From Obrimoposthia wandeli (taxonomy: Eukaryota), in NCBI GenBank assembly GCA_977020255.1, contig CDROCS010002735.1, positions 1 to 64,000 on the forward strand: DNA of 64,000 nt, given 5' to 3'. The notes under the pieces were generated by a model. The model made no database searches. It was not told the DNA's origin and saw only the letters and a program-made list of their open reading frames with translations. Each line of letters opens with the position of its first letter. The stretch's first letter is position 1. Position numbers and translations under genes: made by a program. Below, one piece after another: positions 42,752 to 53,549 of this stretch.

Positions 42752-43330
42752 GCAAGCGACTAACTGACCCTCATTGCAAGGCGCTTGATATCCTTCATAG
42801 CCATCGACCATCAGCGCATCCCTAAAGTCATTTAGCTTGAGTCTAGGTGCATCGCCGTCATGTATCGGTGAATATGATTGTAATTCATGCGGTTAATGTC
42901 GAAGCCTCGCAACAGCCAGCTGAAGTGCTCATTATGCAAATGTATCATGTTAACAGCATGTTTATTTGGCCATTGTAATCTGTTTTTCTAGGCGCCTCTA
43001 CCATAAGCAAAAATCTGTGTTATCTCAATAAAGTAACTTCAGTTTATTTCTCCATTTTGTTACAAAAGACAAATAGCCTTGAGTTATAGGGTGAGAACTC
43101 CATTTCTTGTTCAACGATGATCGACAATCCGTTAATGAGTTTTCTGAAATCAACAAAGTGACGATGCAAATAGATATGCTCAAAGTCGTTCACATTTCTC
43201 ATGGCTGTAGATCACGTAGAAACTGCGCAATAAACTTTGTATCACTGATGTCATTACATCGGAGGCTCACACCATTGAGCATCACCTCTGGATTAACTCC
43301 CACAGGCTTAGCAACCTCTCGTTGCGAATG
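42752..43330 (-). mobile_element. Degenerate, internally deleted IS66-family element (tnpA end, tnpB, tnpC fragment)
   Basis: The minus strand translates, with stops and shifts, to HIYLHRHFVDFRKLINGL..LFVFCN..KLKLLY*D..FCLW*RRLEK..WP..WLLRGFDI (TnpB, ATG 43202 overlapping an upstream TGA) and LMVDGYEGY (TnpC, 42788..42814). IR-like GCAAGCGACTAACTGACCC at 42752. Confidence 0.8.
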
Positions 43331-43575
43331 CTTCTTTTCTTTAGTATCAATATCTGGCATCGTTGATCATAAATCAGCTGTCAGTAGTATCCCATTATTG
43401 CTTCATCTCTTGGCGGAGAAAAAGAGCGAAGCTTATCTTCAGCTTGCCTTTCTTCTTACCGATTTATATGATGCACTTCACAATTGAATCCGAGTAATAT
43501 GTAACTATAATAGATGCTGATTAACAGATGAGTAGCTACGCAATTAAACTTGTTAATATACAAAGAGGCTGATAA

Positions 43576-43854
43576 ATGGCTTATGCCTGTGCAAGACACA
43601 TTTTAGTTAAAACAAAACCTGAAGCGTTAGCGATACAGTTACAGCTGGCGAAAGGAGCTAGCTTTAGTCAAATGGCTAAAAAACATTCCACTTGCCCGTC
43701 AGCTAAAAAAGGAGGGGACTTGGGAGAATTTAAAGAAGGTATGATGGTAAAAGCTTTTGATCGAGTGGTTTTTAGGCAAGCTTTACTCACAGTACACGGC
43801 CCAATTAAAACAAAGTTTGGTTATCATTTAATTGAAACGATTTATCGCTCTTAG
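43576..43854 (+). CDS. ppiC: Parvulin peptidyl-prolyl isomerase
   Basis: ARHILVK, HSTCPS..GGDLG.F..G.MV, IKTKFGYHLI. Confidence 0.95.
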   Translation: MAYACARHILVKTKPEALAIQLQLAKGASFSQMAKKHSTCPSAKKGGDLGEFKEGMMVKAFDRVVFRQALLTVHGPIKTKFGYHLIETIYRS

Positions 43855-43871
43855 CCAGAACACGCTTTAGA

Positions 43872-44537
43872 TCATGAATATTTACTCACAAATAATGTCT
43901 GTGATTCTCTGATATGATTCTGCATTGCCTTTTTGGCACATTGTGCATCTCTTGCATCTAGTGCATCTAAAATATCAATATGTTCTTGTAATGAATTGCT
44001 GAACGAATAAGGGCTTTCAGCTTGAATGTTTAAGGCTCTGTGAGATAGGCGATGCTTAATTATATCCTGCAACAAACGCTTACTACCACTGGCTTTAGCA
44101 ATTTTATTATGAAAGCTGTCATCAAATTGTGCCCATAACTCTAACCAATTTTGTTCTGTTTGCGTACTTGATAAAGTTTCAGCTTGCCCGCGTAAATCAC
44201 TGAGCGTTAATCTATCCATTCTTGAGGCAGCACGAAAACAAGCTTCTCCTTCTAATAGAATACGTATTTCAAAAATATCATGCACATCTTCAGCAGTGAA
44301 ATCTGTTACAACAGGGCGGCGATTTTTTTCTTGATGCAAGAAACCATCTTTTATCAGATCACGTAAAGCATCGTGAACGGGCGTGCGACTAACACCTAAT
44401 TCACTAGCCAGTTTCTTTTCAGCAATAATATCACCTGATTTCATTTGGCCACTTAAGATACGGCCTAATAATATTTGATGTATACGATCAGATAAACGTG
44501 ATTGCGAATGATCTTCTTCTAGTAAAAGCGTGTTCAT
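43872..44537 (-). CDS. GntR-family regulator with FCD domain
   Basis: LASELGVSRTPVHDAL HTH, DDSFH..IAKASG, EHIDILDAL..MQNHI. Confidence 0.9.
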   Translation of the reverse strand: MNTLLLEEDHSQSRLSDRIHQILLGRILSGQMKSGDIIAEKKLASELGVSRTPVHDALRDLIKDGFLHQEKNRRPVVTDFTAEDVHDIFEIRILLEGEACFRAASRMDRLTLSDLRGQAETLSSTQTEQNWLELWAQFDDSFHNKIAKASGSKRLLQDIIKHRLSHRALNIQAESPYSFSNSLQEHIDILDALDARDAQCAKKAMQNHIRESQTLFVSKYS

Positions 44538-44615
44538 ACAATTTCCTATGCCTAAGTGAGCAAACAATAGCAAAAAGCGCACCTTAAAAAAAGAAATGTA
44601 TGTAATATAACAAAA

Positions 44616-44627
44616 AGTGCATGCACT
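44616..44627. promoter_or_regulatory. Putative GntR/FCD operator
   Basis: Perfect palindrome AGTGCATGCACT between the divergent gntR and aceE-like genes. Confidence 0.55.
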
Positions 44628-44722
44628 ATTATATTAAGTGACTTCACTAAGCTTATAAGTTCATGTAGTCTAATCTAAATTGATTGGAATAAATCGTACG
44701 GATTAAGTTTGAGGAAGTGGGT

Positions 44723-47419
44723 ATGAGTGATAAGCATAATAATGAGGCATTTAATGAGGCATTTAATGAGGCATTTAATGAGCAGGATATTGCCTTAGAA
44801 AACCAAGAATGGCTAGCTGCATTAAATGATGTGCTAGCACATCAAGGAAAAGAGCGCACCAAAGAAATACTACGTCTATTACAAGCAAATATGTTGAGCC
44901 AAAACGTTGGTCTTAGTGATGCTCTTTTAAATACTCCATATCGCAATACCATTCCTGTTTCAGAACAACCTAGCTACCCTGGTAACCCTGAATTAGAAAT
45001 ACAACTTGAAAATATTATTCGCTGGAACGCCGCTGCTATGGTGTTAAAGGCAAATGATTTAGGCACTGGTGTTGGGGGGCATATTTCTACCTATCAATCT
45101 GCTGCAACAATGCTGGAGGTTGGTTTTAATCACATTTTTAAAAACCGTAATGCTCAGTACGGCGGAGATCAAGTACATGTTCAAGCTCATGCGGCACCTG
45201 GGATATATGCAAGAGCGTATTTGGAAGGGCGCATTAGCGATAATCAGATTGATAACTTTAGACGTGAATTACAACCTAATGGAGGATTGAGCTCATACCC
45301 ACATCCTCGAAGAATGCCAGGTTTTTGGCAGGGGCCGACCGCATCCATGGGCTTATCAACGCCTTCGGCTATTTACCAAGCAAGATTCATGAAATACCTG
45401 GAAAACAGAGGGTTAAAAGCCGCTGATGGAGGGAAAGTGTGGTGCTTTATTGGGGATGGCGAGTCAGATGAACCCGAAGTGATGGGGACTATCAATATGG
45501 CGACACGTGATAATTTAGATAATCTGGTGATGGTGATTAATTGTAATTTACAGCGTTTAGATGGCCCGGTACGCGGTAATGGAAAAATTATTCAAGAACT
45601 AGAACGTAATTATCGTGGTGCTGGATGGAATGTCATCAAAGTTATTTGGGGCAGCGAATGGGATGAGCTGTTTTCTAGGGATAGCGAAGGTGTATTACAA
45701 GCCCGCATGGATAGAGCTGTGGATGGCGATTATCAGTTTTATACGGTTTCTGATGGTAATACAGTACGTAATCATTGGATTAAGGATAACCCTGAACTCG
45801 CCACGCTGATGAAAACATTATCTGATGAACAAATAAGATGCATAAAACGCGGTGGCCACGATAGGAAAAAAGTTTTTGCTGCTTTTGAGAAAGCGTTGCA
45901 ACAAAACGGTAAGCCGACGGTTATGTTGATTAAAACCGTAAAGGGTGAAGGTATGGGGGCTTCTGCAGAGGGGCAAAATACCGCGCATCAAAAAAAGCAT
46001 TTAACCGATCAAGAACGTATAGATATGGGCCGTCGTTTCAATATCCCTTTATCTGATCAAGAACTAAGTGAAGCTAAGTTGTACAAGCCTGATGACGATT
46101 CAGCAATAATGAAATATTTACATTCACAGAGAAAACAATTAAACGGTTACTTGCCTTCTAGAGTGGTAGAAGCAAAACCATTGCAAGCACCGGATTTAAG
46201 TATATTTGAGAAAATCACAGCTGGCTCAGTGCGCGAGCAATCAACGACAATGTCTTTTGTGCGTATGCTTTCAGTACTACTTAAAGATAAAGAGTTAGGT
46301 AAATATATTGTCCCAATAGTACCAGATGAGGCACGCACTTTCGGCATGGAATCGCTATTTAATCAATTTGGTATTTATTCCAGCGAAGGGCAAAAATATA
46401 AACCTGTTGATTCCAGTAGTCTACTGCCATATAAAGAAGCGAAAGATGGTCAATTGCTGCAAGAAGGCATTTGTGAAACCGGAGCAATGGCCTCATTTAT
46501 GGCAGCAGGCACCGCTTATGCAAATTATGCGGTACCTAGTATTCCGTTTTACATCTTCTATTCAATGTTTGGGATGCAGCGAGTAGGAGACATGGTATGG
46601 GCTTGCGCTGATAACATGACAAAAGGTTTCTTATTGGGAGCTACGGCTGGGCGAACGACTTTAAATGGAGAAGGGCTACAACATCAAGATGGTCACTCTC
46701 ATGTTTTGGCGGCAACAGTGCCTAATTTGCAATGTTATGACCCTGCTTTTTCTTACGAATTAGCCATTATAATACGTGATGGCATTAAGCGTATGTATCA
46801 GCAAAATCAGAACATCTTTTACTACATTACGCTTTATAATCAAAACTATGCAATGCCCAGTATGCCAGAAAATATTGCGGACGGTGTATTAAAAGGCATG
46901 TACAAGTTTCAAGAAAACTTAAATCCTGGGCATAAAATCCACTTATTGGGTAGTGGAAGTATTATGCAAGAAGTATTAGCCGCTGCAGATCTTTTGCAAG
47001 AGTTTGATTGTTCATGTGATATTTGGAGTGTAACAAGTTACACCCAGCTAACTAGAAATGCTCAAAGTGTTGAGAGAAAGAACCGACTTGATCCGAGCAA
47101 TATGCAGTTAAATGATATTCAGCTACTGACCCAAGAAGAGAGCGGAGTATATGTGAGCGTAAGTGATCATTCGAAGTCTCTGGCAAATGGTATTTCGAAT
47201 TGGCTACCAAGCTCACCGGTAATTTTGGGCACTGACGGTTTTGGTCTTTCGGAAGATCGTGCAACACTACGCGAGTATTTTGAGGTGAATGCGCAATACA
47301 TTGCTTGGGGAGCGCTGGCTAAATTGTTTGAAAATAAGCAAATTGATGAGGGAAAATTAGAAGCAGCGCGTAAGGTATTAAATATACCACTAGAGAAATT
47401 TGATCCTATGAGTGCTTAA
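44723..47419 (+). CDS. aceE: Homodimeric 2-oxo-acid dehydrogenase E1 (AceE/MdeB-like paralogue)
   Basis: GGHIST, LSSYPHP, SMGL, GDGESDEPE..NCNLQRLDGP, PDEARTFG, QEGI.E, EGLQHQDG. Confidence 0.85.
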   Translation: MSDKHNNEAFNEAFNEAFNEQDIALENQEWLAALNDVLAHQGKERTKEILRLLQANMLSQNVGLSDALLNTPYRNTIPVSEQPSYPGNPELEIQLENIIRWNAAAMVLKANDLGTGVGGHISTYQSAATMLEVGFNHIFKNRNAQYGGDQVHVQAHAAPGIYARAYLEGRISDNQIDNFRRELQPNGGLSSYPHPRRMPGFWQGPTASMGLSTPSAIYQARFMKYLENRGLKAADGGKVWCFIGDGESDEPEVMGTINMATRDNLDNLVMVINCNLQRLDGPVRGNGKIIQELERNYRGAGWNVIKVIWGSEWDELFSRDSEGVLQARMDRAVDGDYQFYTVSDGNTVRNHWIKDNPELATLMKTLSDEQIRCIKRGGHDRKKVFAAFEKALQQNGKPTVMLIKTVKGEGMGASAEGQNTAHQKKHLTDQERIDMGRRFNIPLSDQELSEAKLYKPDDDSAIMKYLHSQRKQLNGYLPSRVVEAKPLQAPDLSIFEKITAGSVREQSTTMSFVRMLSVLLKDKELGKYIVPIVPDEARTFGMESLFNQFGIYSSEGQKYKPVDSSSLLPYKEAKDGQLLQEGICETGAMASFMAAGTAYANYAVPSIPFYIFYSMFGMQRVGDMVWACADNMTKGFLLGATAGRTTLNGEGLQHQDGHSHVLAATVPNLQCYDPAFSYELAIIIRDGIKRMYQQNQNIFYYITLYNQNYAMPSMPENIADGVLKGMYKFQENLNPGHKIHLLGSGSIMQEVLAAADLLQEFDCSCDIWSVTSYTQLTRNAQSVERKNRLDPSNMQLNDIQLLTQEESGVYVSVSDHSKSLANGISNWLPSSPVILGTDGFGLSEDRATLREYFEVNAQYIAWGALAKLFENKQIDEGKLEAARKVLNIPLEKFDPMSA
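44741..44782 (+). repeat. In-frame 12-bp tandem repeat, 3.5 copies (NEAF)
   Basis: (AATGAGGCATTT)3 followed by AATGAG. Confidence 0.95.
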
Positions 47420-48824
47420 GCTTTGCTACTTGGCAATCAGTCATTAGAATAATATCCAAGGTGGTACTTTTCACTAGTAAGCTAGTGTATTAGATATCAT
47501 CTTTAAAAGTATCAATTACTATGTGGTCATTATATTCAGCCTTAACACGGCGCAAACTCTATCACGTTTGATAGTGGGAAGGGGCTAATACTTTAGTTAA
47601 ATACTGAGCAACAATGCCTTTTTTTCTTCTGTTTTTATTAACTGTATTTAACTTCAATACATGTTATCAAGGTATTGATTAATAATTATTTTTACAGGAT
47701 ATTAAGGTTGGAAAACACTCGTACAGCGATGCTTGTCCCTTTTTATTGTGCTTAGATGTTCAGAGGTCTATTTCCAAAAATATTGATGCCTATGATGCGT
47801 CTTACTATCCCTCAAAGAAATTTTCTAGCCATAGCAAGTCTTTGCTAAGTAATGCATATTGCCATATAAATATGACGCTTTTTTAGCGCTTGAAAGGTTG
47901 GTACTTGAGTTGATAACTTTTCACATTTTCATCAAACAATTGATCAAATACTAAACGTCTTGCTTATTTTAATGTATTTAAAATACATAATACATGTTTT
48001 TTAATATGTATTATTATTAAGTCTGGAATAACAACACAGATTAAAGAGGCAGTATTCTAAAAAATAATGCTAATAATCCCATCGAAGCATAAAATATTCA
48101 TCGATAGCGTATTGGGTGTTTTTGGAAATATAAAATGATATTTTCGTTTCCAAGTAGCTATTTATTTTGCCAAAGAGAACATTCCATAGACCTTGTTTCA
48201 CTAACTTAGTTCGCAGCCGGAAATATCTAGAGCCTAGGTATATTAGTTGTCGGTTCAAGATGGCATGCTTTACTCAATAGTAAATTTATATAAATATGCA
48301 GTTAATTAGGCTACTGATAATCAATTTTTGTTTGTAGTGCTGGAACTAGTCATTTGAATGTATTTCCATAGCACAAAAGGGTATTTATGAGCCTGGCTGG
48401 AGATCACTAATCGCAAGATAGAGCTGCAATACAAAGTGTGTGCTCAAAATGATAAATGTCTTGCAAGAAACTTATCATTGTAGTGACCAATACTGTGAGT
48501 GTTTTTAAATTTCAGCACGCTATATTAATAGATGCTTAACAAGAGATGAGCGGTTTGAATTGTCAATATTTAAGAAACTATCTTTTTCTTAGAATGTAAT
48601 TCCCGCATAACATTTAGTCTGTTAAGATCAGTGTTGAAAATTGCGCCAATTAGCGACCTAGCAATACCTAAATGCCATTTCTTTTTTGGGAGTTAAATTC
48701 TACTAAATTTCTGCACATGCATTACCTTAGCCCGACATGTTGAAATATCTTAGTAGAATTTGATGATGTTATATTAAAGCAATACAGCGATTTACAGCTG
48801 CTATGAAATAGGTTTTATCACAAC

Positions 48825-49487
48825 ATGAGTAGTACTGAAAAGATAATTATAGCGGATGATCATCCGTTATTTAGACAAGCCCTCGCGGTTATGTTGCGAG
48901 CACACTTTAGAGATGCGCAGCTGTATGAAGTTGAAACTGTTTTTGAATTAGAAGAGTTATTGAAAACGCAAGCAGAGGCCGCTGATCTAATATTGCTGGA
49001 TTTAGATATTCCAGGGGCGCAGGGCTTTAATACGTTAATTAACTTGCGTTCAGAGCGCCCTGAAATAGGCATTGTTATAATTTCTGGTATTGAAGATATA
49101 GATACTATTAATAAAGCGATGCACCATGGAGCAGCTGGGTTTATACCTAAATCGACCTCAGTTACTGATATGGTAGAGGCGATAAAAAAAGTGTTTGCAG
49201 GAGAGTTATGGACGCCGGCTGGAGGGTTTAATTCGGCTACTTATGAGGTGAATATAGATGAACGAATTGATTCTTTAACCCCTCAGCAGCACAAAATTCT
49301 ACTTATGTTTGCAGATGGATTGCTAAATAAACAAATAGCCTATGAGCTTGGTTTAGCAGAATCAACTATCAAAAGCCATGCCAGTACTGTTTTTTTAAAA
49401 ATGGGAGTTCGTAATAGAACACAGGCTGTGATAGTGCTCAATGAAATAATAATGGCGCAAAACTCCTTCGGCCCAAAGACCAACTAA
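48825..49487 (+). CDS. NarL/LuxR-family response regulator, CrbR/ErdR-like
   Basis: IIIADDHPLFR, LLDLDIPG, GFIPKS, LTPQQ..GLLNKQIAYEL..TIKSH. Confidence 0.88.
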   Translation: MSSTEKIIIADDHPLFRQALAVMLRAHFRDAQLYEVETVFELEELLKTQAEAADLILLDLDIPGAQGFNTLINLRSERPEIGIVIISGIEDIDTINKAMHHGAAGFIPKSTSVTDMVEAIKKVFAGELWTPAGGFNSATYEVNIDERIDSLTPQQHKILLMFADGLLNKQIAYELGLAESTIKSHASTVFLKMGVRNRTQAVIVLNEIIMAQNSFGPKTN

Positions 49488-49643
49488 CTTTACTCATTGT
49501 TTATCATTTACATGTATACCCTTTTTAAACATTCTACTTAGCTCTATCTTCAAAAGCCCGGAATTTAGTGTTGAAAGCTAAAAATGAAAAGTATTATAAT
49601 TTTGATTTTATATCTAAAAATACCAAGTATTACTTTAAATTGC

Positions 49644-52600
49644 TCAGCTAAAATCCTGATGAGCATAGTTTTTCTCTAAATTTTTCGCTAGCAATGAACT
49701 CATCAAAGCACGCAGCGCAATCGGTTTAACAATTTTCCTTAAGTAACCAATTCCTGCTTGCTGAGTTCTCGTCACCACGTGCTCATCAGTAGTTGCTGTT
49801 ATTAAAATTGCGGGGATTGGATATTGGCTTTTTGTTTGTAAAAGTTTAATTAAACTAATTCCATCTGTGGCGGGTGAGGATGCTTGGGAGTTAAATAATG
49901 CATTGTCTTGTAGCTGATAATCGACTAATAAAAAATCAAATTGGTTATCATGTTGTGCGAAAAGTTGTAAAGCAAGCTCCGTACTTTGAGCGGTGTAAAC
50001 TTCACATTTCCAAGCTGTAAGTAAATCTTGCATGCCTAACAATATGCTCTCTTCATTATCAATGCAGAGTACTTTAACACCTTGTAAAGTTGATACTACA
50101 TTAGGTGCGAGGCTAGGGATATTTAGCTGTTTAGGTGCGATCGGCACCTTTACACTAAACATAGAACCCTTGCCGATAGTTGATTTTAAATCGATACCGT
50201 GGTTTAGCAAGCAAGCTAAACTTTGAGCGATGTTGAGCCCTAACCCAAGGCCCTTGGGTCCTGTCGTTTTTGTGTCAAGTTGCGTGAACTGCTCAAACAC
50301 TTGCTGCTGTTGCTCTTTTGGAATACCTGGGCCCGTATCATAAATCTGAATGCATAAATGCTTGCCTTGTCGGCGACAGCCTAATACTACTTTACCTGAA
50401 TTTGTGTAGCGAAAAGCATTACTGAGAAAGTTTTGGATAATGCGGGTGAGTAGGGTTAAATCACTGAAGATATACAGGGCGCTATAATGGCATTTGAAGT
50501 CTATACCGTATTGTTTTGTTAACGGTTTAAACTCTAAACTTAGCATGTCAAAAAGTTGTTTTACAGCAATAGGTTTTACGACAGGTGTGATGTTACCACT
50601 TTCAATTCTCGCTATCTCATTTAAATCTAGCAATAGGTTATTGGCAATTTCCAGAGAGTTATCAATTTGTTTTATTTGTTTACGCTCTTGGCTTGTTACT
50701 CTGGAGCTTAGACTAACCGCTGAAGAAAATAGCCGGGCAGCAGATAAAGGTTGTAACAAATCATGGCTACAAGCTTTTAAATACTGGCTCTTCTTGAAGT
50801 GTGCTTGTTCTGCTTTATGTCTCGCTAGTGCTAATTCCTTATTGGCTTGTTCTAGCTCGTTGTTGGCTTTTTCTAGCTCGGCGGTGCGCGTTAGTACTCG
50901 TCCCTCAAGGTCATCGTTTTCTTCTTTAAGGTGCTCTTCAGTTTGCCTATAAGTCGTGATGTCACTAAAAATCATTACAAAACCACCACCGGGTATGGGG
51001 TTACCTTCGATATGAATAGTGATGCCATTATCTAGTTTACGCTCTGAGCTATGACGGCTTCCATCGCGAATAAATTGCAAACGTTTTTGCACTTGCTCAT
51101 TAATATTGGCAGCATACTTAGGCCGCTGACTTAAGTTGTAATGAATTAATTGACTAATAGGGCTACCAATATAAATAAACTCTTCTGGGAAATGAAAAAT
51201 ATCTAAATAACGTTGATTCCAAGCCACCAGCTTTAATTCGCTATCAATAACAGAAATGCCTTCACTGGCATTTTCAATTGCACTTTGCAACACTGTACGG
51301 CTAAATTCAAGTTGCTGGTTTGAACTTTCTTGCACTAATTGAGCGATCTGGTCAAAAGCCATTTCATTGCCTTCTACCGCAAAGGAGGTGACGAGCTTTG
51401 CAGATGCTGAACCTAGTACCGCAGCCAAAGTCGTTTCTGCGTGAAAAATGACGGCTTCATCAAAATCTCTTGCTTTAAGGTCCTTGTTTTCATTGGTAAA
51501 TTTTTTAAAGGAGAGTTCGGCTTTCTCAGTACCCATGAAGCGCGCCACTAAAAACTCCAATTCATGGATGTCAACTTTGGGCTGTCTAGGAAAACTCCAT
51601 TGCACTGTTTCACGCTGGGGGTAAAAAAACTTGCTTTGCATCTGTTCTCTCAAACTTTGCCTTGAAGACACAGAGACAATCCACATCACGACTATATTAA
51701 AGCCTAAGCCGATTAATGTGATTACAGTGGTACCTGGATAGATAGAGTCTTGTAAAGAGTGTTTGTAAAGGCCTAGTTGTGGAAAAAAATTAAAAACCAG
51801 CCAAATACTAAAACCAACACACACGCCGCTTAAAACACCGCTTAAAGTGGCCCTACGCCAAAAAAAGGCGGCCACCAGAATAGGACCGATTTGCGCAATT
51901 GCACCGAAAGCCACTTCTCCTAATGAAGATAATGTGTCGGGAGGTGAAAGTAATAGCAAACTAAAACTTAGTGCAATGACAAAAAACACCAGCGCTTTGC
52001 GAATCATTAATAGTTGAGTTTGAAAGTGATTGAAATCGTGGTGCTGCTTACGTGAATATTTAAACATTAATGGGAATACGATTTCATTACTTAGCATCGT
52101 ACTTAAAGCGATGGTTGAAACGATGACCATTGAGCTTGCAGCAGATACCGCACCGATAAAGGCAAATAATGACAACCATAGCTGGCCATCATAGGATGGT
52201 AAAAATAACGCATAGGCATCGGCTGAAAGTGAGTCGCCGTATATAAGGTAGCCGGCAAGCCCGATAGGGCCAGCAAAAAATGCAAAAATAATTACGTACA
52301 AAGGTAGCAGCCAACGTGACAAGTTAGCGTATTTGGCCTCTTTAATTTCAACAAACATCACTTGAAATTGCCGCGGTAAGCAAAGAAAGGCAGCCGTGGA
52401 AATGACTAACATACCAACCATGCCAACAAGGTTGCTTGGGTGGAACTGCGCTTGCATATCAATGTGTTGCATTGAAAGCTGAAATATTTGTTGCGGCGAA
52501 TCATAAATATAGAAACAAACGAACATGCCCACCATGATAAAGGCAATTAGCTTAATCAGTGATTCAAAGGCAATTGCGATCATGACGCCTGGATGCCGCT

Positions 52601-53138
52601 CACTAATATCGATAGTGCGAACACCAAACAAAATTGTAAATCCAGTTAAAATCAAACTAACTATCAGTCCTAGTTGCCATGCAGGTAGGTCTTGGCTTTC
52701 CTGTAGCATTTGGTAAGAATACACAATCGCTTTTAGCTGTAGGGCGATATAGGGCATCGTACCGATAAAAGCGACTAAGGTAATAATAATAGCGAGTTTC
52801 TGCGATTTGCCAAAACGTGCAGATAATAAATCAGCAATAGAGGTAATGTTTAGTTTTAAGCTGATTTTAATAATGCGTTGAATGAAGCCCCAGCCGAAAA
52901 TAAACAGTAATACCGGCCCCAAGTAGAGAGAGATATAAGTGAATGATCCATTAGCGGCTTGAGCCGCAGTACCTAAAAATCCCCAAGATGTACAGTAAAC
53001 ACCTAGCGATAAAGCATAGATAATACGGTGATTATTTGCACCGATAGAATGGCGATATTTACCGCCTAAATGCGCGAGTAAAAACAGTAAACTGATATAC
53101 CCTAAACTCACGCTTACTAATAACCAATTCGAAAACAT
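49644..53138 (-). CDS. crbS: SLC5 (Na+/solute symporter)-fused hybrid histidine kinase, CrbS/MxtR family
   Basis: N-terminal symporter (SLGVYCTSW, SIADLLSARFGKS, LPRQFQV), PAS (AWNQRY), SHDLLQPL H-box, DTGPGIP, C-terminal REC. Confidence 0.85.
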   Translation of the reverse strand: MFSNWLLVSVSLGYISLLFLLAHLGGKYRHSIGANNHRIIYALSLGVYCTSWGFLGTAAQAANGSFTYISLYLGPVLLFIFGWGFIQRIIKISLKLNITSIADLLSARFGKSQKLAIIITLVAFIGTMPYIALQLKAIVYSYQMLQESQDLPAWQLGLIVSLILTGFTILFGVRTIDISERHPGVMIAIAFESLIKLIAFIMVGMFVCFYIYDSPQQIFQLSMQHIDMQAQFHPSNLVGMVGMLVISTAAFLCLPRQFQVMFVEIKEAKYANLSRWLLPLYVIIFAFFAGPIGLAGYLIYGDSLSADAYALFLPSYDGQLWLSLFAFIGAVSAASSMVIVSTIALSTMLSNEIVFPLMFKYSRKQHHDFNHFQTQLLMIRKALVFFVIALSFSLLLLSPPDTLSSLGEVAFGAIAQIGPILVAAFFWRRATLSGVLSGVCVGFSIWLVFNFFPQLGLYKHSLQDSIYPGTTVITLIGLGFNIVVMWIVSVSSRQSLREQMQSKFFYPQRETVQWSFPRQPKVDIHELEFLVARFMGTEKAELSFKKFTNENKDLKARDFDEAVIFHAETTLAAVLGSASAKLVTSFAVEGNEMAFDQIAQLVQESSNQQLEFSRTVLQSAIENASEGISVIDSELKLVAWNQRYLDIFHFPEEFIYIGSPISQLIHYNLSQRPKYAANINEQVQKRLQFIRDGSRHSSERKLDNGITIHIEGNPIPGGGFVMIFSDITTYRQTEEHLKEENDDLEGRVLTRTAELEKANNELEQANKELALARHKAEQAHFKKSQYLKACSHDLLQPLSAARLFSSAVSLSSRVTSQERKQIKQIDNSLEIANNLLLDLNEIARIESGNITPVVKPIAVKQLFDMLSLEFKPLTKQYGIDFKCHYSALYIFSDLTLLTRIIQNFLSNAFRYTNSGKVVLGCRRQGKHLCIQIYDTGPGIPKEQQQQVFEQFTQLDTKTTGPKGLGLGLNIAQSLACLLNHGIDLKSTIGKGSMFSVKVPIAPKQLNIPSLAPNVVSTLQGVKVLCIDNEESILLGMQDLLTAWKCEVYTAQSTELALQLFAQHDNQFDFLLVDYQLQDNALFNSQASSPATDGISLIKLLQTKSQYPIPAILITATTDEHVVTRTQQAGIGYLRKIVKPIALRALMSSLLAKNLEKNYAHQDFS

Positions 53139-53261
53139 AACACTCTCTACAGCGATTTAATGACGTTATTTAATATTATTCTTTTAAGTTAAATTTAGCA
53201 TATATCTAATTGAAATAAATATCTTATTTAATAGATATTAAAGTTCAATGCCATTGTTAAA

Positions 53262-53283
53262 ACTTAAGTATTAGTACTTAAGT
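53262..53283. promoter_or_regulatory. Inverted repeat, candidate regulator site between crbS and the ABC operon
   Basis: ACTTAAGTA-TTAG-TACTTAAGT. Confidence 0.45.
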
Positions 53284-53549
53284 GCTAGTTATTATGGACT
53301 AAACCTTCAGTGCTAATCCTTATTGCCGATTGTGGGTTTTGCTAACTAATTTAAGATAAAGCTACATTAGAGAAGCACAAGTAAAGCTTATCGTTTAACC
53401 CAATGTGTAAATTGGTGTGATCGATATAGAAAATAAGTTAATACTAAATATAAAAAATTGACTTAAAACTAATGATTTAATTACCGTTAGTCATCTATAT
53501 CTATCTCAAACTACTATTGGATGAAATCAACACAAAAGGGAGTGTGGGT

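Noticed and set aside
43107-43487. 126-aa plus-strand ORF
   Set aside because: It is an antisense shadow of the IS66 tnpA/tnpB remnant.
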